From positions 69,803-133,802 of the forward strand of contig JACQQD010000012.1 in the NCBI GenBank assembly GCA_016207165.1: 64,000 bases of DNA. Direction: 5' to 3'. The DNA comes from Candidatus Micrarchaeota archaeon. Its GTDB lineage: Archaea > Micrarchaeota > Micrarchaeia > Norongarragalinales > Norongarragalinaceae. Numbering within the stretch: the stretch's first letter is position 1; every line of letters begins with the position of its first letter. The notes under the pieces are model-generated. The model did no database searches and had not been told where the DNA came from. It saw only the letters and a program-made list of their open reading frames with translations. The translations under genes and the position numbers were made by a program. Below are positions 55,612-64,000 of the stretch, in pieces.

Positions 55612-56406
55612 ATGGGCTTTGCCTGGTTTGCATGCGGCTTTGACGACTACACATACCAGCGGCGCGAAGAGCAACCCGAAAACGTCGGCGCCATGCTGCG
55701 GGAAGCGCACGCCATCTTGGACGCGCGCCACGTCAATTTTGCGCCCCTTGAAACCGAAAAAATAAAAGCCGTGGCCCCAAGGCGTTCATCCCCCGACGCG
55801 TTCATCAGCCACGTCAAAACCCTGAAACTGGGGGAACTCTGCAAACAATTGCACGGATTCGTCACGTACACAATGCCCACGGACGAGGCCTTGCTCAAGA
55901 AAATCGGCGACCCCGACGAAGTCGCCGTCTGCGCCTACCTCCACTACGCCTTCCGTTCAGTGTTTCCAAAGCATTTGCCTCCCAAGACAGCCTACGACAA
56001 AAAAGAAGTGCGCTTGGCCGCGGACCTGGGCGACTGGACGGTCGTCAAAAAAGTCAATTTAGAAGCCGCTGAACGAAAAGAAGTGTTCTCCGCCCTTTGC
56101 AGCATGCGGTCCGTGGCGGAACGAAAAGCCATGGAGTTCACTCCTGGTTTTGAAGAATTCAATAAAACCCTTCACGCGGCCCTGGAGCCGTTTCCGGAGA
56201 GAAAATCATTCGGAAAACTCGGACAAACCCTCCAAGCCGCCAAGAACGTGGCCACTGAAACCCCGGCCTTCCAAGAATACGCGTTTTCCCAGGCCATGGC
56301 GCGCGTCGGCTTTCCCCCCTACTTGACCAACGACCACGTGGCCTCCCTGTATCCGGAACTGAAGACCCCCAAACCCAAGGGCAACTTCGGGAAAAAGAAA
56401 AAGTAG
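55612..56406 (+). CDS. Hypothetical archaeal protein, possibly DUF2666-like
   Basis: A..GDW.VVKK......EV..AL.S segment and LYPELK.PKP.G tail; follows rpl37ae. Confidence 0.55.
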   Translation: MGFAWFACGFDDYTYQRREEQPENVGAMLREAHAILDARHVNFAPLETEKIKAVAPRRSSPDAFISHVKTLKLGELCKQLHGFVTYTMPTDEALLKKIGDPDEVAVCAYLHYAFRSVFPKHLPPKTAYDKKEVRLAADLGDWTVVKKVNLEAAERKEVFSALCSMRSVAERKAMEFTPGFEEFNKTLHAALEPFPERKSFGKLGQTLQAAKNVATETPAFQEYAFSQAMARVGFPPYLTNDHVASLYPELKTPKPKGNFGKKKK

Positions 56407-56447
56407 TTTTTTTGATCCAAAGCGCCCCCCCATTCCAAACATTTATT

Positions 56448-56469
56448 AAAGTTCTATTCATAGAACTTT
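56448..56469. promoter_or_regulatory. Perfect palindrome AAAGTTCTA-N4-TAGAACTTT, candidate DtxR/MntR operator
   Basis: 9-bp IR adjoining TTTATTAAA TATA-like box, about 20 nt upstream of regulator ATG. Confidence 0.75.
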
Positions 56470-56490
56470 TCAGTCGATTCGGTGGAACCC

Positions 56491-56886
56491 ATGAACAAGA
56501 ATTTCGAGGATTACGTGCGCGGCGTGTACTACCTGGAAACCCAGAACGGCCAAGCCAAAGCCAAAGAACTAGCGGAGCGCCTCAACGTGTCCAAGAATAC
56601 GGCCACCCTCATGGTGCAGAAGCTCTCGGAGAAAGGCCTCATGGTCCATCCCCGGTACGGCGCGGTCTCCTTGACTCGGAAAGGCAAGAAATTAGCGAAA
56701 AAGCTGACGTACCGGCACCGGCTCATTGAACACTTCCTCACGACGGTTCTGCACGTGCCCCGAGACCAGGTGCATGAAGAGGCGTGCCGCCTCGAGCATG
56801 ACTTCTCCGACACGAGCATCAAGTCCATTGAGAGTCTGTTGAATCATCCCGAAACGGACCCGCACGGCAAACCCCTCAGAGAATAA
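56491..56886 (+). CDS. DtxR/MntR-family metal-dependent repressor
   Basis: EDY...Y, LA..L.VS, HRLIE.FL, EEACRLEH, DPHG.P. Confidence 0.95.
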   Translation: MNKNFEDYVRGVYYLETQNGQAKAKELAERLNVSKNTATLMVQKLSEKGLMVHPRYGAVSLTRKGKKLAKKLTYRHRLIEHFLTTVLHVPRDQVHEEACRLEHDFSDTSIKSIESLLNHPETDPHGKPLRE

Positions 56887-56892
56887 GTGGAT

Positions 56893-57942
56893 ATGACCAT
56901 GAAAATCGAACGCCTCCACCTAAGCGCCGGCCTCGCATTGGCCGTCCTGGCTTTTGCCTTCATGAGCGCACCCGTCCAATCGCAAGGCGAAACGCGCGCC
57001 ATGGGCGAGATGACCGGGCACTCCGGCACGGTTGGAACGACCAACTTGTCCCAATTCGACCCATCCGAGTACTTGACCACGTGGAACTTCAACAACCTGC
57101 CACCAAACCAGCGGGCAAACTACTACCAGGAAAAAGCGCTTGCGGACGGAACAATGCTTCGGCAATACTGGATTTACGCAAGCGACGACGCCGTTGAAGT
57201 GGCCCCAGGCGTGTTTTACGCGGGATGGGCGTACAACGGGCAAGTACCCGGCCCCACGATCCGTGCCACGGAAGGCGACACCATCCGCATCCATTTCTTC
57301 AACGGCGGAACACGCGCCCACACCGCCCACTTTCACGGATTTCACCCAGCCTCGATGGATGGAGCGGAGCCCACCCAATTCGTACAGCCGGGACAGACGT
57401 TTACCTACGAGTTCAAAGCCGAACCCGCCGGAACGCACGTCTACCACTGCCATTCGACGCCCCTGAAAAAACACATCGAAAAGGGTCTTTACGGCATGTT
57501 CATCATCGACCCCGTCGGCGGCCTGTCTCCAACGGAAAATGAGTTCGTCATGCTGATGAACGCGTTTGACACGGATTTTGACGGCGAGAACGACGTGTAC
57601 GCCGTGAACACCGTGGCATTCGCCTACGCGCAAAACCCCATCAAGGTGAAAGTCGGTGAAAAAGTGCGCCTCTTCCTGGGCAACATGGTCGAGAACGACC
57701 CCATCAATTCGATGCACATCCACGGCAACTTCTTTCAAGTCTACCCGACCGGTACACTCAACGCATCCACGCACTACACCGACATCGTGGAACTGGCTCA
57801 AGCCGAACGCGCACGAATCGAAGTCCAATTCAAGTTCCCGGGCCGCTACATGTTCCACGCCCACCAAACGGAATTCTCGGAATTGGGTTGGATGGGATTC
57901 TTTGAAGTAGAATCCAATGAATCCAGCGGTGAAGTCGCATGA
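56893..57942 (+). CDS. Two-domain multicopper oxidase (type C-like), secreted
   Basis: NGQVPGP.IR, HT.HFHG, YHCH......H...GL, MHIHG, MFHAH; N-terminal hydrophobic signal. Confidence 0.9.
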   Translation: MTMKIERLHLSAGLALAVLAFAFMSAPVQSQGETRAMGEMTGHSGTVGTTNLSQFDPSEYLTTWNFNNLPPNQRANYYQEKALADGTMLRQYWIYASDDAVEVAPGVFYAGWAYNGQVPGPTIRATEGDTIRIHFFNGGTRAHTAHFHGFHPASMDGAEPTQFVQPGQTFTYEFKAEPAGTHVYHCHSTPLKKHIEKGLYGMFIIDPVGGLSPTENEFVMLMNAFDTDFDGENDVYAVNTVAFAYAQNPIKVKVGEKVRLFLGNMVENDPINSMHIHGNFFQVYPTGTLNASTHYTDIVELAQAERARIEVQFKFPGRYMFHAHQTEFSELGWMGFFEVESNESSGEVA

Positions 57943-59126
57943 CGGAAGGCAAAGGCATGGACGCCAAAATGCTGGCGCTAGGCATCATACCGCTACTTCT
58001 TTTCAGCGGCCTCCTGGCGTTGTTCTTCACCTACGGCCCGGTGGGCGTAATCAAGACCACGTTTCCGCCGGTGGAGCACGTGGCGTTCGAGCGCGTCGAA
58101 TTGAAGGAAAAACTCATCATCGCACACGTCATCAACGACGGGCCCGATCCTGTGACCATCGCCCAAGTCATCATCAACGACGCGTACTGGCCGTTTGAAA
58201 CAACGAAAAGCGAGTTGGGGCCGCGAGACCAAGCCACCGTGACCATCCCCTACGACTGGACCGACGCCGAGCCGCTCAACGTGGCACTGCTTACGGCATC
58301 CGGAATCCGCTTTGAACATGAAATCGCCGTGGCCACCACCAGCCCCCAGCCATCCACCGACTTGTTCACCGCGTTTGCCATCATCGGCATCTACGTCGGC
58401 GTCATGCCGGTATTTCTCGGACTGCTGTGGATTCCCTTCCTGCGTCGCCTAGGCAAAAACGCGCTCCACTTCCTCCTCTCGTTGACCATCGGCTTGCTTT
58501 TGTTTTTGGGAGTGGACGCGTTAAGCGAGGCCATGGAAACCTCGGCACGCGTGCCACAAATCTACCAGGGCCCCGCCATCGTGCTCATCGGTTTTACTTC
58601 CATCATCCTCATCCTACTGGCCATCCAACACCACAGCCGACGCAAGCACAAGACCACAGAGGAATCCCGGTTGCTGGGCTTGGCGTACCTGGTCGCCATC
58701 GGCATCGGCCTGCATAACTTCGGAGAAGGCCTGGCCATTGGCAGCGCCTACGCCATCGGCGAAATCAGCCTCGGCACCGCCTTGGTGTTGGGGTTCATGA
58801 TCCACAACATCACCGAAGGCATCGCCATTGCCGCACCCATCTCCAAGGAAGCGCACAACATTCCCCGATTCGTGCGCCACGTCGTGCAATTGGGCCTCAT
58901 CGCGGGCGCCCCCGTCATCGCAGGCACCTGGGTCGGCGGCTTCAGCTACTCGGCGACGCTGTCGACGCTGTTTTTGGCTGTAGGCGCCGGCGCCGCGTTC
59001 CAAGTCGTCATATCCATCGTCGACCACTTCCTGTACCAAAAACAGGAATTGTTCACGCCCACCAACGTGGCCGGCGTCCTGGTCGGAATGGGGATCATGT
59101 TCGCCACCGGCATGCTGGTTGCATGA
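57939..59126 (+). CDS. ZIP-family metal transporter with N-terminal extracytoplasmic domain
   Basis: GIGLHNFGEGLAIG and HNITEG motifs; extra ~130-aa N-terminal region; ATGA-coupled to the oxidase. Confidence 0.9.
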   Translation: MTEGKGMDAKMLALGIIPLLLFSGLLALFFTYGPVGVIKTTFPPVEHVAFERVELKEKLIIAHVINDGPDPVTIAQVIINDAYWPFETTKSELGPRDQATVTIPYDWTDAEPLNVALLTASGIRFEHEIAVATTSPQPSTDLFTAFAIIGIYVGVMPVFLGLLWIPFLRRLGKNALHFLLSLTIGLLLFLGVDALSEAMETSARVPQIYQGPAIVLIGFTSIILILLAIQHHSRRKHKTTEESRLLGLAYLVAIGIGLHNFGEGLAIGSAYAIGEISLGTALVLGFMIHNITEGIAIAAPISKEAHNIPRFVRHVVQLGLIAGAPVIAGTWVGGFSYSATLSTLFLAVGAGAAFQVVISIVDHFLYQKQELFTPTNVAGVLVGMGIMFATGMLVA

Positions 59127-59166
59127 CCCCCTGAACTGAGCTTTTTACAAAAGGCAGCCTAACACC

Positions 59167-60441
59167 ATGTCGTTCCAAAACATCTTGAAAACCGTGCAGA
59201 CTCACGCCGCCGTACTCAAAAACAAGAGCTTCTGGGCATTCTTCGGGACCGGGCTCATCGTCAGCGTCGCCTACATGGATCCCGGCAACTGGGGTACCTC
59301 CATTTCCGCCGGAGCCCAATTCAACTACGACTTGCTCTGGGTCGTCTGGCTGTCATCGGCCATGGCCATGCTGTTCCAGTACCTTTCCGGCAAAATGGGC
59401 ATCGCCGGCTACAGCCTCGCCGAAGTCGTCCGACTCAAATGGAAGGACAAGCGCTTGGTGCTGGGATACTGGGCGCTGGCTGAATTGGCGATTTTGGCCA
59501 CCGACTTGGCCGAGTTTTTAGGCATTGCCGTAGCACTCACCTTGTTGTTCAACATCCCGCTGATGCATGCGGCGTTGATCGCCATGCTGGACGTCGTATT
59601 GCTGATGGCGTTGACGCGCAAGTCCTTCCGGCCCCTGGAATACGCGTTCATTCTCTTCGTCTCCGTCATCGGCTTGGGCTACGTGTATGAGTTGTTCATC
59701 ACCAAACCGAGCCTGGACCTGATCGCCGTCCACTCCGTCACCCCGCTGCTGAACGCGCACACCATCCTGTACGCCGTCGGCATCATCGGAGCCACCGTCA
59801 TGCCGCACGCGTTGTTCGTCCACTCGTGGCTCTTGAAAAACAAGATGAAGGAGCACGGCCACCTGGACCGCAAGACCACGATGAAGTTCCACGTGGTGGA
59901 CAACGTCGGCTCGCTTTTGATTGCCGGCTTCATCAACGCCGCCATTCTCGTCATGGCCGCGGCCGCATTCTACCAGTCCGGCATTCCGGTGGCCACCATC
60001 GACGACGCCCACCGAACCCTCACGCCCCTGTTCGGCGGCATGGCTTCGCTGGTCTTCGCCATCGCCCTGCTATCGGCCGGCATTTCCTCGTCGATCACCG
60101 GGACGCTTGCCGGCCAATCCATCATGGAGAGTCTGACGGACTTCAAATTGAGCGCGACCATGCGCCGCATCATCACGCGCATCATCAACGTCATCCCCCT
60201 CTTGGTCGCCGTGGCGCTGAACATCGAGCCCCTTGAAATCCTCGTCTACAGCCAAGTCATCCTCAGCCTCATGATTCCCTTGCCCCTGATTCCACTGATC
60301 TATTATTCGGCGGACAAGAAGATCATGGGCGACCTGGCAAGCTCCAAGGCCACGACGATTACCGCCGCCATCTTCGCGCTCATCATCCTCGCCTTCAACG
60401 CCTACCTTTTGGCCCAAGTCATTGGCCCGCTTTCAGGCTGA
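59167..60441 (+). CDS. mntH: NRAMP divalent metal transporter
   Basis: AYMDPGNW, TDLAE..G, GATVMPHAL..H, TGTLAGQ.IME, SQV.LS. Confidence 0.95.
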   Translation: MSFQNILKTVQTHAAVLKNKSFWAFFGTGLIVSVAYMDPGNWGTSISAGAQFNYDLLWVVWLSSAMAMLFQYLSGKMGIAGYSLAEVVRLKWKDKRLVLGYWALAELAILATDLAEFLGIAVALTLLFNIPLMHAALIAMLDVVLLMALTRKSFRPLEYAFILFVSVIGLGYVYELFITKPSLDLIAVHSVTPLLNAHTILYAVGIIGATVMPHALFVHSWLLKNKMKEHGHLDRKTTMKFHVVDNVGSLLIAGFINAAILVMAAAAFYQSGIPVATIDDAHRTLTPLFGGMASLVFAIALLSAGISSSITGTLAGQSIMESLTDFKLSATMRRIITRIINVIPLLVAVALNIEPLEILVYSQVILSLMIPLPLIPLIYYSADKKIMGDLASSKATTITAAIFALIILAFNAYLLAQVIGPLSG

Positions 60442-60481
60442 CCGGCGCGGCGATATGCCGGCAGAAAGCCGGGAACTCACT

Positions 60482-60500
60482 CTTTAAAGCCTTGCCCGCC
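60482..60500 (+). repeat. 19-bp direct repeat CTTTAAAGCCTTGCCCGCC, copy 1
   Basis: Identical to 61093-61111. Confidence 0.85.
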
Positions 60501-60554
60501 GAGTTGACGCAAAAAGCAAGTTATTAAAGTCAAGCCAGACCCAGTAGGTTTCAT

Positions 60555-60728
60555 ATGGAAAACGTGGTTTTAGAAAAAATCCAGGAAGACGTGGAAGAAA
60601 TCAAGCGCCAGCTAACGCACCTGAACGCCGTGCTTGAAGAAAAAATGAGCGAAGAAGACGTGGCCGACCTTGAACAAGCCCTGACGGAACTGAAATCGGG
60701 CAAAGCCAAGAGAATCGAGGACGTTTAA
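60555..60728 (+). CDS. Putative RelB-type antitoxin (57 aa, below ORF-track cutoff)
   Basis: MENVVLEKIQEDVEEIKRQL...MSEED...LEQAL.ELKSGK...IEDV*; acidic; upstream of RelE. Confidence 0.75.
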   Translation: MENVVLEKIQEDVEEIKRQLTHLNAVLEEKMSEEDVADLEQALTELKSGKAKRIEDV

Positions 60729-60779
60729 AGCGATTCACCGTACGCAAAAAGGAAAGCAGGACGAAACGAGTTGTTCTGA

Positions 60780-61037
60780 TTGTACGAAGTACGCGTTGCA
60801 AGCAAGCCCGAAAAATTCCTCAACAGACTCCAACCCGACTACAAGCAGACCATCAAAACACGGCTCCTGGAACTCAAAACAAACTTTTTCCCAAGAGGCG
60901 CCCGACCACTGACCGGGAAACAAAACTGTTACCGCATACGCGTCGGCCCATTCCGGATTCAATACACCGTTGTGGACGAACTCAAAACTATCTTAGTATA
61001 CGGCATTGAACGGCGGGACGAGCACACATACCGGTGA
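60780..61037 (+). CDS. relE: RelE/ParE-family toxin
   Basis: Y.V......K.L..L, L..L...P.G...L.G....YRIRVG.FRI.Y, I.RR...Y. Confidence 0.9.
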   Translation: MYEVRVASKPEKFLNRLQPDYKQTIKTRLLELKTNFFPRGARPLTGKQNCYRIRVGPFRIQYTVVDELKTILVYGIERRDEHTYR

Positions 61038-61092
61038 CACCCCAATCCGCCTGAACCCCCGCCCCCCAAAAAAAAAACTGAATTCAAATATG

Positions 61093-61111
61093 CTTTAAAG
61101 CCTTGCCCGCC
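61093..61111 (+). repeat. 19-bp direct repeat, copy 2, containing the tRNA promoter TATA box (TTTAAA)
   Basis: Identical to 60482-60500; about 40 nt upstream of tRNA-Pro. Confidence 0.85.
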
Positions 61112-61137
61112 AAACGATAATCCGCAAAACGCTATCC

Positions 61138-61249
61138 GGGGGATTGGGGTAGCCTGGTATCCTGCCAGCTTCGGGTCTTGAATTCATTCAATTTCTGAAG
61201 GGATTCAGCGAAAAAGTTGGTGACCTGAGTTCAAATCTCAGATCCCCCA
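61138..61249 (+). tRNA. tRNA-Pro(CGG) with 39-nt intron (61176-61214) at position 37/38
   Basis: Acceptor GGGGGAT/ATCCCCC, anticodon stem CCAGC/GTTGG, T arm CTGAG-TTCAAAT-CTCAG; bulge-helix-bulge via TTCG/CGAA. Confidence 0.92.
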
Positions 61250-61262
61250 TTTTTTTTCTTTT

Positions 61263-61333
61263 GCGGCCGTGGTCTAACGGTATGACTCCAGCCTTCCAAG
61301 CTGGTAGACCGGGTTCAATTCCCGGCGGCCGCA
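61263..61333 (+). tRNA. tRNA-Gly(TCC)
   Basis: Acceptor GCGGCCG/CGGCCGC, anticodon arm CCAGC-CTTCCAA-GCTGG, T arm CCGGG-TTCAATT-CCCGG. Confidence 0.96.
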
Positions 61334-61609
61334 TCCAGGACAAGACTCAGTGTGCGGCAGCCGCATTCAGTCCAGCTCTGTGTGCGCCATTGGTAAATTC
61401 ATGTCGTATTGCGCATGATTATACCGAATTCGGCACTATTTAACCTCAGGCCCGTTTTGGCCCTTGACGAGGGCCAAATCGACCATTTCCTGATACTATT
61501 TAAAGCGGTTTTCGGGGCAGCTTCTTTTTCTCCCAAAAAAATCACCGCCATGGGAAGAAAAAAAGTACTCGCCCCCTCAGAGAATCAAGGAAGGCAGCTG
61601 CAGAAGACG

Positions 61610-62329
61610 TCATCTGTTTGCTGCCATTTTTTTTAACAAGGTATGCGTCGCCCCGACGCTAGGCAAGAAAAAGCGAGCGCATGTGGGTTGTCTTTTGTTG
61701 CCGACGCGGATGGACACGCCGCCTGCGCGGTTGACGGCGGAAAACACGCGTTCATCCGTCACGTCGTCGCCGAACGCCACGAAAAAAGCCTTCGAATGGC
61801 GGCGCAACAATTTTTGGGCTTCGGTTTTCTTGGAGCCCGTGGAAAAGAGAAGTTCAAACACTTTACGGCCTTCCAACACGCGCACGCCCCATGTGCGGAA
61901 GCCGGCGCGCAGCGTGGTGACGAACGCCGCCTGTTTTTTCTTGGGAACGTTGCGGTAGTGCACGGCCAAAGCCGAAGACTTGACTTCCAGAAGCGTGCCG
62001 GGCCAGGCTTTGCACAATGCGTCCAAGTCTTTGCGTGTGCGTTCCATCATTCGTTGTTGTTTGGGGTTCAAAGGACGTGCGCCGTGTTCTCCGATGAATG
62101 GAACTTTTTTTGGGAGTGTTTTTTTCAGGAATGGTACTGGCCGTCCGCTGATGACGATGACTTTGATGCCTTTGCGGATAAGGCGTTTTAGCATGGCGTG
62201 GGTGCGTTTGGAGAGCCGGACGTCGGCGGGATTTTTGCGGATGGGGGCCAGCGTGCCGTCCAAGTCAAGCAAAAGAAATACCGGCTTTCCGGAGGGCAGT
62301 TTGAATTCGGCTGGAAGCGGCGCTGGCAC
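61610..62329 (-). CDS. otsB: Trehalose-6-phosphate phosphatase
   Basis: LDLDGTLAPI, ISGR, GEHG, HYRN, GDD.TDE..F. Confidence 0.93.
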   Translation of the reverse strand: MPAPLPAEFKLPSGKPVFLLLDLDGTLAPIRKNPADVRLSKRTHAMLKRLIRKGIKVIVISGRPVPFLKKTLPKKVPFIGEHGARPLNPKQQRMMERTRKDLDALCKAWPGTLLEVKSSALAVHYRNVPKKKQAAFVTTLRAGFRTWGVRVLEGRKVFELLFSTGSKKTEAQKLLRRHSKAFFVAFGDDVTDERVFSAVNRAGGVSIRVGNKRQPTCARFFLPSVGATHTLLKKMAANR

Positions 62330-62330
62330 G

Positions 62331-63806
62331 TCAGATCACCGTGCTTTCGAGTTTGCCGATGTGTTGAATGAAGTCGGCGGCCCAGGTGTACACGTCATGG
62401 TCTTGCACTTCGCGGGAGGCTTTGGCCATCTTTTCTTTTCGTTCGGACAGGGGCATTTGCAGCGCTTTTTTGATTGCGGAAGCGGTTTCTGCAATGTTGT
62501 AGGGGTTGACGCTGAGTGCGGAGGTTAATTCCCGCGCGGCTCCGGTGAATCGGCTTAGGATGAGCGTTCCGTCCCCGTCTTCCTTGGCGGCGGCGTATTC
62601 TTTGGAGACGAGGTTCATGCTGTCGTGCAGGGGCGTGACGAGGCACGCGTCGGCCATTTTGTAAAGCGTCAGGACGTCCGGGTAGGGTATGAACGACGTC
62701 AGGTAGACGATGGGTTTCCAGCTCCGTATGCTCCAGCGGTAATTGATTTCGTCCACGAGTGATTCCGTTTTTTGAGCGTTTTCGATGTAGGCCGGCACTT
62801 GGGTGCGGCTGGGTGATGCGGCTTGGATTAGCGTCATCTTGCCCCGCCAGCGGGGGTTGTTTTCCAGGAACAAGTCCAAAGCGCGAAGTTTTTCGGGTAT
62901 GCCTTTGGAGTAGTCGAGCCGGTCGATGCCCAGCACGATTTTTTCAGTTGTCAAACCCAGTTTTTGGCGCATTTGTCCCATGTGTTCGGTCGTTATGCGG
63001 CGGGTGGCGTTCCGGATTCGGCGGAAATCGACGCTGATGGGAAATTCCTTGACTTGGGTCCGGCTGTTTTTGTAGTAGATGGCGGATTCTTCGCGGTCGA
63101 CGCGGGCTTGCAGCGTTTGGTCGACCGAATCCAGGAAATTATTGGCAAAGTATCGGATGTGGAAGCCCAGCAAGTCGTTGTGAAGCAGGGACTCCAGGAT
63201 TTCACGGCCCCAAGGACAGATTCTAAAGATTTCCACGTTGGGCCAAGGGATGTGCCAGAATTGGGCAGTGACGACGTCAGGGCGCTTCTCCTTGATGTAG
63301 CGTGCGGCCAAAGCCAGTTGGTAGTCCTGGATCCATACGAAGGCGGGTTTTTTCCCGATGGTTTTCAGGATGGAGTCGGCGAATAGCTTGTTGACTTTAC
63401 GGTATTCGTGCCAGTCGGAGTCGTTGAATTCCGGGCGGACGTATGCGAAGTGGCACCACGGCCAGATTGACGAGTTGGCGGCGTGATCCAAATAGGCGTC
63501 GAGGGTTTTTTTGGGGATTGGGATGCGTTTGAGGCGGTAACGGGGGCGGTTCAGGGGCAGGCCGATGGTGTTGTCCGGCCGGGTCGCATCCATGTCGGCG
63601 GTTCCGGCGGCGTAGGCGACCCAGGTTCCGCCGCAGGCTTGCATGACGGGGTCCAATGCGGTCACGAGACCGCCGGTGGTGGGCCGCGAAAGCATTTTGT
63701 TGCCTTCGTAGTAGTGGATGACGGGCTCGCTGTGGCTGGCGATGACGAATTTTTTACGGCCGATTTTCTTCCGGACGACATTTTTTAGGCGTTGCAGGGA
63801 GTTCAT
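62331..63806 (-). CDS. otsA: Trehalose-6-phosphate synthase
   Basis: GGLVTAL, WIQDYQL, FWHIPWP, DRLDYSKGI, D.MNLVSKEY, LSRFTGAA. Confidence 0.96.
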   Translation of the reverse strand: MNSLQRLKNVVRKKIGRKKFVIASHSEPVIHYYEGNKMLSRPTTGGLVTALDPVMQACGGTWVAYAAGTADMDATRPDNTIGLPLNRPRYRLKRIPIPKKTLDAYLDHAANSSIWPWCHFAYVRPEFNDSDWHEYRKVNKLFADSILKTIGKKPAFVWIQDYQLALAARYIKEKRPDVVTAQFWHIPWPNVEIFRICPWGREILESLLHNDLLGFHIRYFANNFLDSVDQTLQARVDREESAIYYKNSRTQVKEFPISVDFRRIRNATRRITTEHMGQMRQKLGLTTEKIVLGIDRLDYSKGIPEKLRALDLFLENNPRWRGKMTLIQAASPSRTQVPAYIENAQKTESLVDEINYRWSIRSWKPIVYLTSFIPYPDVLTLYKMADACLVTPLHDSMNLVSKEYAAAKEDGDGTLILSRFTGAARELTSALSVNPYNIAETASAIKKALQMPLSERKEKMAKASREVQDHDVYTWAADFIQHIGKLESTVI

Positions 63807-63815
63807 GGCGGGACA

Positions 63816-64000
63816 TCACTTGGCGATGTGGATGGTTTGCGTCGGGAAGGCGAATTCGATTTTTTCCTTTTGGAACGCTTGCGCGATTCTGAGGTTGATT
63901 TGCTGTTGGGCGTCCATGTACGCGTTGTAGTCGGCCGAGCCGAGGTAGTACACGCATTCATAGTCGAGGCTGGAGGCGCCGAATTGCTTGAAGTGCACCC
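63816..64000 (-). CDS. mscS: MscS-family mechanosensitive channel, C-terminal part (runs off window)
   Basis: HF..FG.SSL.YE.VY......YN.YMD.QQ.IN..I...F....IEFAFPTQT. Confidence 0.85.
   Translation of the reverse strand, partial: VHFKQFGASSLDYECVYYLGSADYNAYMDAQQQINLRIAQAFQKEKIEFAFPTQTIHIAK

Noticed and set aside
56893-57942. Copper nitrite reductase NirK
   Set aside because: Both domains keep HxH pairs for a trinuclear site, and the context is metal transport
61456-61478. 9-bp hairpin TTTGGCCCT/AGGGCCAAA downstream of the tRNAs as an att or mobile end
   Set aside because: No duplicated tRNA 3' end or integrase; single occurrence

Overview
Gene-dense archaeal chromosome segment. It carries psmA/psmB, exosome Rrp4/41/42, SBDS, aCPSF1, eL15, uL16/L10e, eL43, RNase P proteins, ScpA and an intron-containing tRNA-Pro. 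Compact, divergent proteins suggest a DPANN lineage such as Micrarchaeota (inference). It is metabolically rich for such an organism: full non-oxidative pentose phosphate pathway plus bacterial-type Zwf, PGK, UMP kinase, agmatine-to-putrescine enzymes, trehalose and glucosylglycerate-type osmolyte genes, a carotenoid cluster, two cation/H+ antiporters, a P-type ATPase and two metal-uptake loci. I saw no CRISPR array, rRNA, transposase or integrase. Features the ORF track misses: (1) a ~95-nt structured non-coding transcript candidate behind two extra copies of an Xre regulator's operator; (2) a dispersed ~48-bp palindromic element family; (3) a 19-bp direct repeat bracketing a RelBE module at the tRNA promoter; (4) a PSSL/TDE variant of the P-type ATPase ion site, with two similar unannotated micro-membrane proteins nearby; (5) VapC and B3/B4 gene relics; (6) a structured eL15 leader. 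All family assignments are by motif recognition, not database search.
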